Program-made: the position numbers and the translations under genes | DNA from: Dictyostelium discoideum | Lineage: Eukaryota | Direction of reading: 5' to 3' | DNA length: 64,000 bases | Assembly (NCBI GenBank): GCA_000004695.1 | Contig: CM000152.2 | Location: forward strand, 384,001 to 448,000 | Shown: positions 53,413-64,000 of the stretch, one piece after another | Position numbering within the stretch: position 1 is the first letter of the stretch | How the letters are laid out: each line of letters opens with the position of its first letter | Notes under the pieces: generated by a model | Database searches by the model: none | What the model was told of the DNA's origin: nothing | Seen by the model: the letters and a program-made list of their open reading frames with translations, nothing else

Positions 53413-54592
53413 TAGTACTGTTATTGTTAACAGTATTATTATTATTATCATTATTAATTATATTGGTGTTATTATTGTTTTTATTATTATTAGTATTGTT
53501 AGTATTATTAGTATTATTATTAGTGTTATTAGTATTATTATTATTATTAGTGTTATTATTTTTAGTATTATTAATAATTGAAGATGATGAAAGTGTTCTT
53601 GAAATTTGTAATAATGGAGTTTGATGATTTGAAATTATTAATTGAGAAGGTGGTGATTTATAATCCAAAGTTGGATCAATATCAATATCATTACAATTTT
53701 CATAATCAATAGTATTATTAATAATATTATTTTCTTTATTTGTTTGAGTCAATTTTAATTTTTCTTCAATTTCTTGTAAGAATTGATCAGAAGATAAACC
53801 ACCATTTAAAGATGAAACACTAATTGTTCTGCCTAAAACGGCACGATTATCAAAACTATTATTTAATGAAGAACCCAAAAGTGATGGACTTTTTGAATTG
53901 TAATTATTTTTTTCCTGTTTTAATAAAAGATGTTGTTTAATCATCCAATTTTCTTCGTTTCCATTTTGTTGTGATTGTTGAAGATTATTATTATTATGAC
54001 TTTTATTTAATTCATAATCTTCTTCTTCATCACAATCATCATACTCATCATCGTATTCATCATTATTTAAATTATTATTAGAATCAATTAATGTTTTGTT
54101 ATTACTATCATGTATTTGATTTTGTTGTTGTTGTTGTTGTAATTGTTGTTGATAAATTCCAATAATTTCTCTACTTAATGGTCCAATTACAGATTTTCTT
54201 AAAACTTCACGAAGATCTGTTATTTCATCTATTAAATGATTACTTTTTATATCATTTTTGTGAAATGGGTTTGTAATACCAACATTGGCAAAAGAAGAAG
54301 CACTACTAACAGTAGAATAGGTAATAAAACTTGTTGCTTTGGTATTGTTAGATAAATCATTTGTGCTTTGTGTCGATTGTGTCGTTGGTTGAGATTGGGA
54401 CTTTTGTAATCCATTATTATTATTACTATTATTATTTTGATTCTCTTTTTTACTGTTTTCAATATTCTAAAATAAAAAAAAATAAATATTTTAGTTAGTT
54501 GGAATAATAGATTGATTGTATAAAAAATAAATTAAAAAAAAATTAATTGAATAAAAAATAAATAAATAGAAATGTACTTTTGAAGAAATCAT
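51839..54592 (-). CDS. Hypothetical coiled-coil protein with Asn/Gln-rich N-terminal half, 2 exons: 54578..54592 (5-codon exon MISSK) and 51839..54466
   Basis: I checked that the minus-strand frame is open from 54466 down to the track ORF start at 53944. An upstream in-frame TAG coincides with a TTTTATTTTAG acceptor at 54468-54467. A plausible exon 1, ATGATTTCTTCAAAA plus a GTACAT donor, lies at 54592..54578, giving a 111-nt intron. The C-terminal half is heptad-rich (...KKRKIKSKETKQLEEYEKRKRKVESAIAFLNIEKRSVRELRDRF...) and ends ...ILECGHDLITDERMVDVARVRGLEHQVHMLYHSLHDAQVKRFN. The exon-1 assignment is tentative. Confidence 0.55.
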
Positions 54593-55644
54593 TTGATGGA
54601 TTAAATTTAAATTATTTTTAAAGACTTTTTATTTATTATTATTATTTTTTTTTTTTTTTTTAAGATACTTTTACAGTAAAAAATAAATAAAATAATTGGA
54701 AATAATAAACCAAAAAACAAATAAATAAAAAATAATAATAATAAAATAAAAATAAAGTAATTTAAAAGGAATTTGATGTATTACAAAAAAAAATTATAAA
54801 AAAAAATTTAAAAAAAAAAATAATAATAATAAACAAATAGGAAAGGAAAATAGTGGGACAAAAAAAAAAAAAAAAAATGAATAAAAAAATAAATTAAAAA
54901 AGTAATAAAAGATAAAAATAAAAAAAATAAAAAAAATCATTTAAATCATTTTTAAATAATAATATAATAATTTTTTAAAAAAAAAAATATATATATATTA
55001 AAAAAATATTTAATCTACAAAAACACACACCTAACACACTTTAAAAAAAACAACCAAGACAAATACTAACTTTTTTCTGTCTCTTTGTGGGTTTATTTTT
55101 ATCTTTTTATTTTTTTTTTTTTTTTAATCTTAGAAAAAAATAACGAAATCAATCAAAAAAAAAAATTAAAAATTAAAAATAAAAAATAAAAATAAAAAAT
55201 AATATTTGTCAAACAATTGTATTCAATGTATGGTTTAAAAATAACTATAAAAAAAAAAATAAAAATAATAAAAAATCATTGAATAAAAAAAAAAAAAAAA
55301 TAATAAAAAATTTTTTCATAAAAGTTTTAAACGGTTAATATTTTTTTAAAAATTTTTAAGATATTTTTCGATTCATTTGAAAAAAAAAAAAAAAAATGGA
55401 AAATATCTTTGTGGGGGGTCATTCTGCTAATTTTCATTATTTTATTTTTTTTTTTTTTTATTTTCAATTTTTTTATCATAAGATTCCTAAAAAACACAAT
55501 TTTTTTTTGTTTGTTTTCTCACATACATTATTTTTTTTTTTTTTTTTTTTTTTTCTTTTCTTTTTTTCCAAATTATTATTAATTGATTCAACATCAATTT
55601 AGTATGTTTTTAATCAAATAATAATAATTATTATTTATTAATAT

Positions 55645-56608
55645 ATGAATTTAAAAGAAGCCATTTCAAATAATTTTATTTTAAATTCTCTTTTAAATCA
55701 ACAACCAACACACCAACTACAACAAAATGAATCGATAGAAATAATTGATAAAAACAAAGATAAAGAAAACGAACAATCATTGTCAGAATTACAATGTGAA
55801 TATTCAATATGTGCAATGTTTTCAATTTACTATCCAATTATTAAAAATTTTCAAAATTTTTCAATAAATAATGAAGAAAATAATAATAATAATAATAATA
55901 ATAATAGTCAATCATCAAAGAATGAAGATGAAACCTTTATACCAAAACTTGTAAATCCAATATCTTGGGGTGAACTAACAGATTCAGAATCAATTTATTC
56001 AACATCGCCTTCCTCCTCGATGTATTCATTTTCAGATATTGACGATACCAATAATAACAATAATAATAATAATAAAAATAATAATTCAAGCCAAGACAAT
56101 GATAAAAATAATAATAATAATAATAATAAAAGTAAAAAACAAAAAAATAAAGGAATTAAAAAACTTTTTATTGGTGGTATCAATTTTGATGATTTAAAAG
56201 GGAATGAACAATTAAAACAAATTAGAATACAAAAATTAATTCACTTATTTCAATCATTTGGTTCGGTCCTTAAAACTTCTTATCATTGGGATAAAGGGTA
56301 TGTAGTTTGATAAATAAATAAAATAAATGAAAAAAATAAATGAAAAAAAAAAATAAAAAAACTAAAATTTAATAAATATTTAAAAAATAAAATGCAGATA
56401 TTTTTTTATTAGTTATTCAAATAATAAAGTATCACAAACTGTAGTTGATTCATTTTCAACAACTAAAAAAAGACAAAAATATATTGATAAAATTAAAGAT
56501 TCTTTAAAAGATTCTGAAAAATGTGCAACCCCTCAATTAAACTTTTATGTTAGATTCCCAAATAACTATTCTTCTGTTAGTGCTAAAAACAGTGGTAATC
56601 AAAAATAA
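55645..56608 (+). CDS. Hypothetical Asn-rich protein with possible RRM-like segment, 2 exons: 55645..56297 and 56413..56608
   Basis: The track ORF ends ...KKLFIGGINFDDLKGNEQLKQIRIQKLIHLFQSFGSVLKTSYHWDKG, and a GTATGT donor follows at 56298. A 115-nt intron ends at the TTTATTAG acceptor at 56411-56412. Only with a phase-2 join is the downstream frame open, reading YSNNKVSQTVVDSFSTTKKRQKYIDKIKDSLKDSEKCATPQLNFYVRFPNNYSSVSAKNSGNQK*. The RNP2-like LFIGGI motif is only suggestive. Confidence 0.5.
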
Positions 56609-57219
56609 AAACAATGACAAATTAGTTAAAAAAAAAAAATGTATAAAAAAAATAAAACAAAAACCTTAAATATCTATTTCATAAATAGCACAATATTTGC
56701 ACTTCTTTTTTTATTTTTATTTTTTTTTTTTTTTTTTTTGAAATTAAAATTTCAAATAATTGTTTAAAAATAATTTCTAATAATAAAAATAAAATGGTTC
56801 GTATGTGAAAAGAAATTTGGGTGTTTGGTATAGAAATTTTTTTTTTTTTTTTTTGAAATAATATTATTCTTACAAACTTTTTTTCTTTGTTATGTTTGAA
56901 TGATGGATTTATAATAGTTTGAAAAAAAAAAAAAAAAAAAAAAAAGAAAATGAATTTATATATATATTTTTTTTTTTAAATATTTGCTTTATTTATTGTG
57001 ACATTCAATAATTCATGATTATTTTTTTTTTTATTTTTTTATTTTTTTTTTTAGAATTTTTTTTTTTTTTTATGATTTTATTATTTTAAAGTTTATTGAA
57101 AAACTAAAAAACTTTTTGGTGGTTGATATTGATACTATTATAAAAAAAAGGGGTGTGTGATTGATAAATTAAGAGTTTGGGTGGGAGGGAGGGATGAGTG
57201 TTGATGAAATACAATTTGT

Positions 57220-57976
57220 TTATAAAATGTTGCAACCACCTGAACTTTTCTTCTTTTTGCTGAGTGGTGGGTTGATAACGGCTCTAATGGCTTCATCAAA
57301 AACAGTCTTGAGACCTTTTTGGGTAAGAGCTGAACATTCAAGATATTTAACAGCGTTGATTTCTTTCATTTTAGCTAAACCTTGTTCGTATGAAATTGGG
57401 TAGAGTTTCTTTTCTTTTAATCTATCTTGAGTTTCCTTATCTTCACGCATATCCAACTATAATAATAATAATAATAAAAAGAGAGAGAGAGAGAGGAAAA
57501 AAAAAAAAGGAATTACGAAAAAGTTAGAAATTAATAAAAAAATTTAAAAAATAATAATAATTTTTTTTTACTTACTTTAGTACCAACTAAAATGATTGGA
57601 ACATTTGGTGCATGATGACAAATTTCTGGATGCCATTTACCATTAACATTTTCAAATGATGATGGTGAAATGATAGAGAAACAAATTAAGAAAACATCAG
57701 TTTGTGGATATGAGAGTGGACGTAAACGATCATAATCTTCTTGACCAGCAGTATCCCATAAGCCGAGATTGATTGGTTTACCATCAACCATTACATTAGC
57801 GCTGTAGTTATCGAAAACTGTTGGGATATATTCACCTGGGAATGCATTGGTGGTGTAAGAAATTAAAAGACAGGTTTTACCTACAGCACCATCACCGACA
57901 ACGACACATTTAATTGCTATATTTTAATTAAATAAAAATTAAAAAAAAATAAAAATTATTAGTATATCAATAAAAC

Positions 57977-58007
<31 letters not shown>

Positions 58008-58067
58008 CCCTCTTCACTTTTTTTTTTTTTTTTTTCTAAATATACAAAACTAAAATTTACCTTGCAT
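57220..58067 (-). CDS. Rac-family small GTPase (Rac1-like), 3 exons: 58061..58067 (7-nt microexon ATGCAAG), 57576..57916, 57220..57456
   Basis: The spliced product reads [116 protein letters not shown] | [78 protein letters not shown]. It is ~85% identical to human Rac1. It has a polybasic tract followed by a CAAX box (CNIL). The donors are GTAAAT and GTAAGT; the acceptors are ATATAG and TTATAG. Confidence 0.9.
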
Positions 58068-59105
58068 TTTATTATTGTTTTATGTTATTAAAAAATTTAT
58101 TTATATGAAAAAAATCTACTACTCAGTGATAAAATAATAATAAAAAAAATTAGTATTTATTATTATTTAAATTTTAATTTTTTTTTTTTTTTTTTTAATA
58201 AAAAAAAATATATATATATATTTATAATATTATTTAATAAAAAAATACTTACTACTACAGGTTGATTACTACTAATTCCACAATTTGATATATAACAATA
58301 AATTTTTTTTTTATTTTTATATATAAATATTTTTATATGGGGGTTGAGAGAGAAAGAATTGAAAAATAATAATAAAAAAAAAAATAAAAAAAAAAAAAAA
58401 ATTTAAAAAAAAAAAAAAATTTGAAAAAAAAAAAAAATAAAAAAAAAAAAAAAATAAAAAAAAATAAAAAAAAATAAAAAAAAAAAAAAGTTAGTAGATT
58501 TTTTTTGGTGGTTTTAATGTGAAAATAGAGATTAATCCAAAAAAAAAAAAATAATAAATGAAATAAAATAAAAAAAATATGGATTACAATATTATATTAT
58601 TATTTTAATTGTTGAAGAAAATAAAATAAAAATTATTTATTATTTTATTTTGCTATATTTTATTTTAAAATAGAGTGTGGGAAGAGAAAAAAAAAAAATA
58701 AAAAAAAAAAATAAAAAAAAATTTAAAATTGAAGTTTGAGTTTCAAATAAAATGGTTTTGGGTGCGGATGATAATAAAAAAAAAAAAAAAGAGAAAAAAA
58801 TAATAAAGATAAAAATGGAAAATAGAAAAATATCAACATTTTATTTTATCCTATAATTGTTATTCTTTTTATTATTGTTATTATTATTATTATTTTTTTT
58901 TTTTTTTATTCTTTTATAATTATTTATTTATTTTTAATTTATAGTTATCATTATTACTATTTTTATTTTTATTAAAAAAAACAAATATTCAAAAGAAAAA
59001 AAATAAAATAAAATAAAAAAAGACAATATAAATATAAATAAAAAAATATAAACTTACATACAAAGGGTTTATTGGTTAATTATATATATTTTTAAAAAAA
59101 TTCAC

Positions 59106-59140
<35 letters not shown>

Positions 59141-60472
59141 TCACGATTTCAAAAATTTTTAAAAAAAAAAAATAAAAAAAAAAAAAATAAAAAAAAAATT
59201 AAATTTTTTTTTAAAAAAAATAAAAAAAAAAAAAAAAGAAAAAAAGGTGGCCATCAATTATAATAATCAAAGTTGAAAAAAAAAAAAAAAAAAAAAAAAA
59301 TAATAAAAAATAATAAACAAAATAAAAAACAAAATTAATAAAACTTTAATTCCTTTTAAAATTATTTACCTTTTTTTTTTTATTTATTAATTTATTAATA
59401 TTAATTTATTTATTTATTAATTTTTTTTTATTTTTTTTTATTATTATTTGTTTAATAAATTATTTGTTTTTTGAAATGAGAATAAAAATTTTTTTTTTAT
59501 TTTCAATTTATAAAAAATTTTATTATTGAACTTTTATTCTATTTATAGATGACTGAAAAAAATTTGTTCTTTGAAATTTTTAACACAATATTTTTTCGTT
59601 TAAAAAAAACTCCCAAAAAAAAAAATCAAAAAAAATTATAAAAATAAAAAAAATCAAAATCTTTGATTCTTTGATTGTGGTATTAAGATAGAGATGAAAT
59701 GAAAATATTAATTTTTTTTTTTTTTTTTTTAATATTATTAAATTATTTTTTTTTTTGATTAAAAATTTTTTTTTTTTTTATTTTATTTTTTTAATTTTAT
59801 TTTTTAATTATTTTTTAATTATTTTTTTAATTATTTTTTAATTATTTTTTAATTATTTTTTAATTATTTTTTTACCAGATCTTTGCCATAAAGTAAAAAA
59901 AAAATATAAATAATTTTTAATAAAAATAAAAATTGAAATCCACTGTCATGTCATGTCATTAAATATCAACTAACAATTTATTATTATTTAGTTTTTTTTT
60001 TTTTTTAAATGAAATAAAATAAAAGGGATATTATTTTCACTTATCCTTTTATATTTATTTTTTTTTTCAACTTTTTTTTTATAAAAATAAAAAAAAAAAA
60101 TAAAATAAAATCATAATATCTATTATTTGAACATCAAAAAAAAGTATCAAAAAAAAAAAAAAAAAAAAAAAATGTGAAATAATATAAAAGATAGAATTAT
60201 TTTATAATTAATGTGAATAAACAAATAAAATTAAAATCAATTTTATTTTTTTTTTATTTTTTATTGTTTTGCTTAATTTGGGTAAAAATAATTAAAATGC
60301 AAATCAAATAGATAATATTTAAAAATCAGAATAAAAATTAACCACCAAAATAAGAATAGATTTTTTTTTTTTTTTTTTTATTTCATTGAAAACTTTTACT
60401 TTTTTTTTTTTTAAATTTTTTTTTGTATTAGGACTTTAAAATTAGTTTTATTTTTTTTTTTTTTCTGATGTC

Positions 60473-60511
<39 letters not shown>

Positions 60512-60625
60512 TAAAAAATTTAAAGAAAATTAAAATAAAAAAAAAAATCAAAGAATAAAAGATTTACCAAAAATAACAACCACAACAACAGAAACAACAA
60601 CGACAACAACCAACAGGAGTGCATC

Positions 60626-61492
60626 ATGTGTGGAATATCGGTAATCATAAATGGAATTAAAATTTTAGAACCAATAAATAAAAATGGTCAAAATAAGGAT
60701 TTAAAAGAAACTATAACAACATCAACATCAACACCAACACCAATTGCAATTGGTGATTATTATACAATTAAAAATGATATTGAATCAAGATTAATCAATA
60801 GAGGACCAGATTCAATAAAAAGTAAATTGATTGAAATTAAATGTTTTCAAAAAGATATTGATAAAGAGATTAGCATAAGTATGGAATTAATATCATCAGT
60901 TCTCGGACTTAGAGGACCATTAACAATTCAACCATTAACTGATGAAAATAATGGTAATACATTATTATGGAATGGTGAATTATTTGGTGGTTATGAAATT
61001 GGTATTCATGATAATGATACTTGTTTATTATTACATTTATTATCAAAAATTAATGAAAATGAAAGTGAAAATCAAGAAATCAATGAAAATGAAATTGAGA
61101 GAGAATTAATTGAAATTATGTTGAAAATAAAAGGGCCATTCGCATTTTTATATTGGCAAGAGAAAAAAAGAAAACTTTGGTTTGGTAGAGATGTATTAGG
61201 TAGAAGAAGTTTATTAGTAAATAATGAAACCATTATCAATGATAAACCATCACTAATCATATCGTCAATGGGTTCATTTCCAAATGGTATCGATGATTCA
61301 ATAAGGTTACCAAAATGGGATGAAATTAACACATTTGGTTTATTTTCAATCCATTTTCCAAAAATTATTGAAACTAATATAATTCATTTTAAAATCCATC
61401 CATGGGATATTTCAAATATTAATTTAAATATTGGTATGATTTCATTAGATTATGATAATGATAATGATAATGAAGAAGAATCAAATACAAAT

Positions 61493-61523
<31 letters not shown>

Positions 61524-62299
61524 AAGAAATTGAAGAAATTGAAGGAAATAATATTGACCAATTACATTTTTATCCATTTGGTAGAAGAGAGAAATTAGAT
61601 ATAGAAAAAGGTGAATGGAGTGAAAAGGTTTTTAATGACTATGTAAATGGATTTTATGAGGCAATTAGTGATTCAATTAATGTTAGATTAAATAATTTAC
61701 CAATTGCTTCATTGGAAATACCAGATTTAATTAGAGCACCGTTTTTACAAGAGAAACCATTACCTTTGGTTTCTAGATTAGGTATTTTGTTTAGTGGTGG
61801 TTTGGATTCAATGGTTTTAGCCGCAATGTCAAATAAACATATGGAAACACCTGATGAACCAATTCATTTGATTAATGTTGCTTTTGGTGATGATGATTCA
61901 CCATTTGAAGAATATGATAAGGTACCAGATAGAAAAGCAGCAATCTCTGGTTTAAAGGAATTACAAACTATTGCACCAAATAGACAATGGAAATTAATTA
62001 AAGTAAATGTTGGTACAAAAGAAATGGAATGGGCTAAAAAAATAGTTTATCAATTATCTTATCCTGCTATTACAATTATGGATATGACAATTTGTTTAGC
62101 ACTTTGGTTCGCTGGTAGAGGTGAAGGTATATTACATGGTGAGGAGTTAAAAGGTCAAGGTCAACAACAACAGCAACGTTATATGACAACTTGTAAAGTT
62201 TTATTAATGGGTAGTGGTGCAGATGAACAGTTAGCAGGTTATTTAGACATAAATCAGCATTTCAACGTGGTTCTTGGCCAATACTTCGAGCAGAGTTGA
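60626..62299 (+). CDS. asnsd1: Asparagine synthetase domain-containing protein 1 (ASNSD1) homolog — N-terminal Ntn glutamine-amidotransferase domain + PP-loop ATP pyrophosphatase domain. The reading frame breaks at 62299 although the homology continues
   Basis: The N-terminus is MCGISVII, with the catalytic Cys2 of class II amidotransferases, followed by RGPDS. The Asn-synthetase PP-loop is LGILFSGGLDSMVLAAM. Further on come ...VLLMGSGADEQLAGY. After AGY the ORF runs on as LDINQHFNVVLGQYFEQS*, which is not conserved, while the conserved continuation lies in other frames (see 62242..62858). Confidence 0.85.
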
Positions 62300-62858
62300 A
62301 TAAAGATTTTAATAGGATTTGGAAAAGAAATTTAGGTAGAGATGACCGTGTTTTAAGTAGTAATAGTCGTGTATCCAAGATTTCCATATTTGGATGAATC
62401 ATTGATTTCCTATTTAAATGGTATTGAGTTACCTTATATTTGTGATTTATCTTTACCACAAGGTACAGGTGATAAAAGGATTTTACGTGAAGTTGGTCGT
62501 AAATTAGGTTTAACCGAATCAACTAAACTTAATTAAAAAAGCAATTCAATTCGGCTCAAGATCTTCAAAACAATTGAATAAAAATGTTCCAGCAAGAATC
62601 ACTCAAAAATGTGGTAAAGATGTTTTTTCATTTACAACTCCAATTTATGATCCACTTCAAGATCCTGGTTATGAAGCTCTTCAAAAACAAAAATTAAAAC
62701 AAAAAATGAGTTTGGAAAGAAAGGAAAAAAAAAATAAAGAAAAATCTGAAAAAATTGAAAAGAAAATTAATTTTAAAAACCAACAAGAAAAACAAAAACA
62801 ACAACCAAATGATGATGAAAATATATTAAGGAAAAAAGAAGTAAAAAATTGTAATTAA
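62242..62858 (+). pseudogene. asnsd1: 3'-terminal ~200 codons of the ASNSD1 homolog, encoded in three different frames (at least 3 single-nt frame changes)
   Basis: Segment 1 (frame +2 relative to the main ORF): (F/S)RHKSAFQRGSWPILRAELNKDFNRIWKRNLGRDDRVLSSNSRV matches human AGYSRHRVRFQ...SRNLGRDDRVI. Segment 2 (back in the main frame): PRFPYLDESLISYLNGIELPYICDLSLPQGTGDKRILREVGRKLGLTESTKLN matches human RFPFLDENVVSFLNSLP...GIGEKLLLRLAAVELGL. Segment 3 (frame +1; track ORF 62574..62858): KKAIQFGSRSSKQLNKNVPARITQKCGKDVF... matches human KRAMQFGSRIAKME. The frame switches fall near 62246 (a T3 run), ~62375 (within gtatccaagattt) and ~62530 (aattaaaaaag). Confidence 0.6.
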
Positions 62859-63654
62859 AATTTATGGAATAAAATATTAATTTTTTTTATTTAAATTGAT
62901 ATTGTAATAAAATTGAAACCACAAAAAATAGTTTCTTTGTCCAAAAACACTATTTTATTAATTGAAAGACCTTTCTTCCCTTTTTTTCTATTTTACCATT
63001 TTTTGTAATTATTTTTTATTTTGAAGAACAACAATAGGGAATATATTTTATATTAAAAATAGATTTTAATAAAAAAAAAAAAATTTATTGGATTTGTTTA
63101 TTTTTTTTTTTTATATTTATATAATATAAATTTTTATTTTCAATTATTTATTTTTAAATGAGTGTGCAGAATGAAAAAATAAAAATTAAAAGTTTTTACC
63201 CTTTTTTTTTTTATTTTTTATTTTTTTATTTTTTTTTTAATTTATAAATCAAAAAAATAAATGAATTAAATCTGGATTATTTAAATTCTAAAAATAAAAT
63301 TTTGTTTAAAAAAATAAAAAAAATATTTTTCCAATAAGTTTGCTAATCAAAAAAAAAAAAAAAAAAATTTTTTTTATATTTTGGCCAACTTTTTAATCAA
63401 AAAACGAAAAAAAAGTTTTCTCTTTTTTTTTTTTTTTCATTTTTTCACTTTTTTATTTTTTCACTTTTTTATTTTTCATAATATCTTGAAATAATATTAT
63501 TCATATTCACTCGTAATAATACATATAAATTGATATCAATCAGAAAAACAAACAAACAAACAAACAAGCAAATAAACAAACAAAAAAAACGAACAAACAA
63601 AAAACGAACAACAATAAAATAAATAATAAATAAATAAATATATATAAATAAAAA

Positions 63655-63804
63655 ATGAATAATTTAATTCGTAGATCATTATTAAATCAAATAAATTTAA
63701 ATAGAGCAGGTCAAAAATTTAGACAATCAATAGGACTTGCCAGAAGTGGTAATGAAGATGGTCCACTTCATGATTTACCAGATTTTCATTTTGCTAGTAT
63801 GAAT
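63655..63804 (+). CDS. Small ORF (49 aa) or first exon of a gene running off the window end, hypothetical
   Basis: The ATG at 63655 reads MNNLIRRSLLNQINLNRAGQKFRQSIGLARSGNEDGPLHDLPDFHFASMN*. The N-terminus is basic and hydroxylated, like a mitochondrial presequence. A possible GTATGA donor at ...TTTGCTA|GTATGAATT could instead make this exon 1. It is below the track's size cutoff. Confidence 0.25.
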
Positions 63805-63819
63805 TAAATCACACACATA

Positions 63820-63981
<162 letters not shown>

Positions 63982-64000
63982 TTTGTATATTTTTTTTTTT

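Noticed and set aside
52735-53624. Plus-strand ORFs 52735..52938 and 53424..53624
   Set aside because: Antisense to the coiled-coil/poly-N gene; the second is a poly-Leu/Val reading of an (ATT)n tract.
57194-57403. Plus-strand 69-aa ORF overlapping the Rac 3' exon
   Set aside because: It is antisense to a highly conserved Rac exon and has no independent support.

Overview
AT-rich (~75-80% A+T) eukaryotic nuclear DNA with the hallmarks of Dictyostelium (most likely D. discoideum): long homopolymer A/T runs, (AAT)n/(CAA)n poly-Asn/Gln coding tracts, short AT-rich GT-AG introns (GTAAGT/GTATGT donors), and FNIP-repeat genes. There are no prokaryotic features (no operons, CRISPR, RBS). I can support about 25 protein-coding genes. 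Confident calls from conserved motifs: a MATE transporter, a TM2-domain protein, a GH18 chitinase-like secreted protein, DNAJC2/zuotin, an ankyrin+TBC RabGAP, a TRAF-RING+FNIP-repeat protein, INTS11, a deoxynucleoside kinase, a class-3 lipase, a Rac GTPase and an ASNSD1 homolog. Also present: a vWA+AIG1-like GTPase+PB1-like gene, two paralogous secreted Cys-rich/Thr-rich tandem-repeat genes (one with a ~5.7 kb internal repeat array) flanking a decayed Harbinger/PIF-type DDE transposase, a Ser/Thr-rich secreted repeat protein, and several hypothetical low-complexity proteins. The things most worth a second look are: (i) the paralogous repeat-gene pair with the transposase relic between them; (ii) several conserved genes broken by single-nucleotide frame changes, mostly in T/A runs (the ASNSD1 3' end, the vWA-GTPase gene, a SAP-motif gene) — either pseudogenes or assembly errors; (iii) an inverted duplication with 129-bp IRs carrying divergent small ORFs, and two MITE-like palindromes; (iv) a GC-normal island with a DUSE-like CCCATAA motif that may mark a small ncRNA gene. 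Caveat: all coordinates come from counting the printed sequence by hand. At two places (near 43.9 kb and 45.0 kb) my count and the ORF track disagree by 1 nt, so splice-site coordinates I derived myself are only good to ±1-2 nt.
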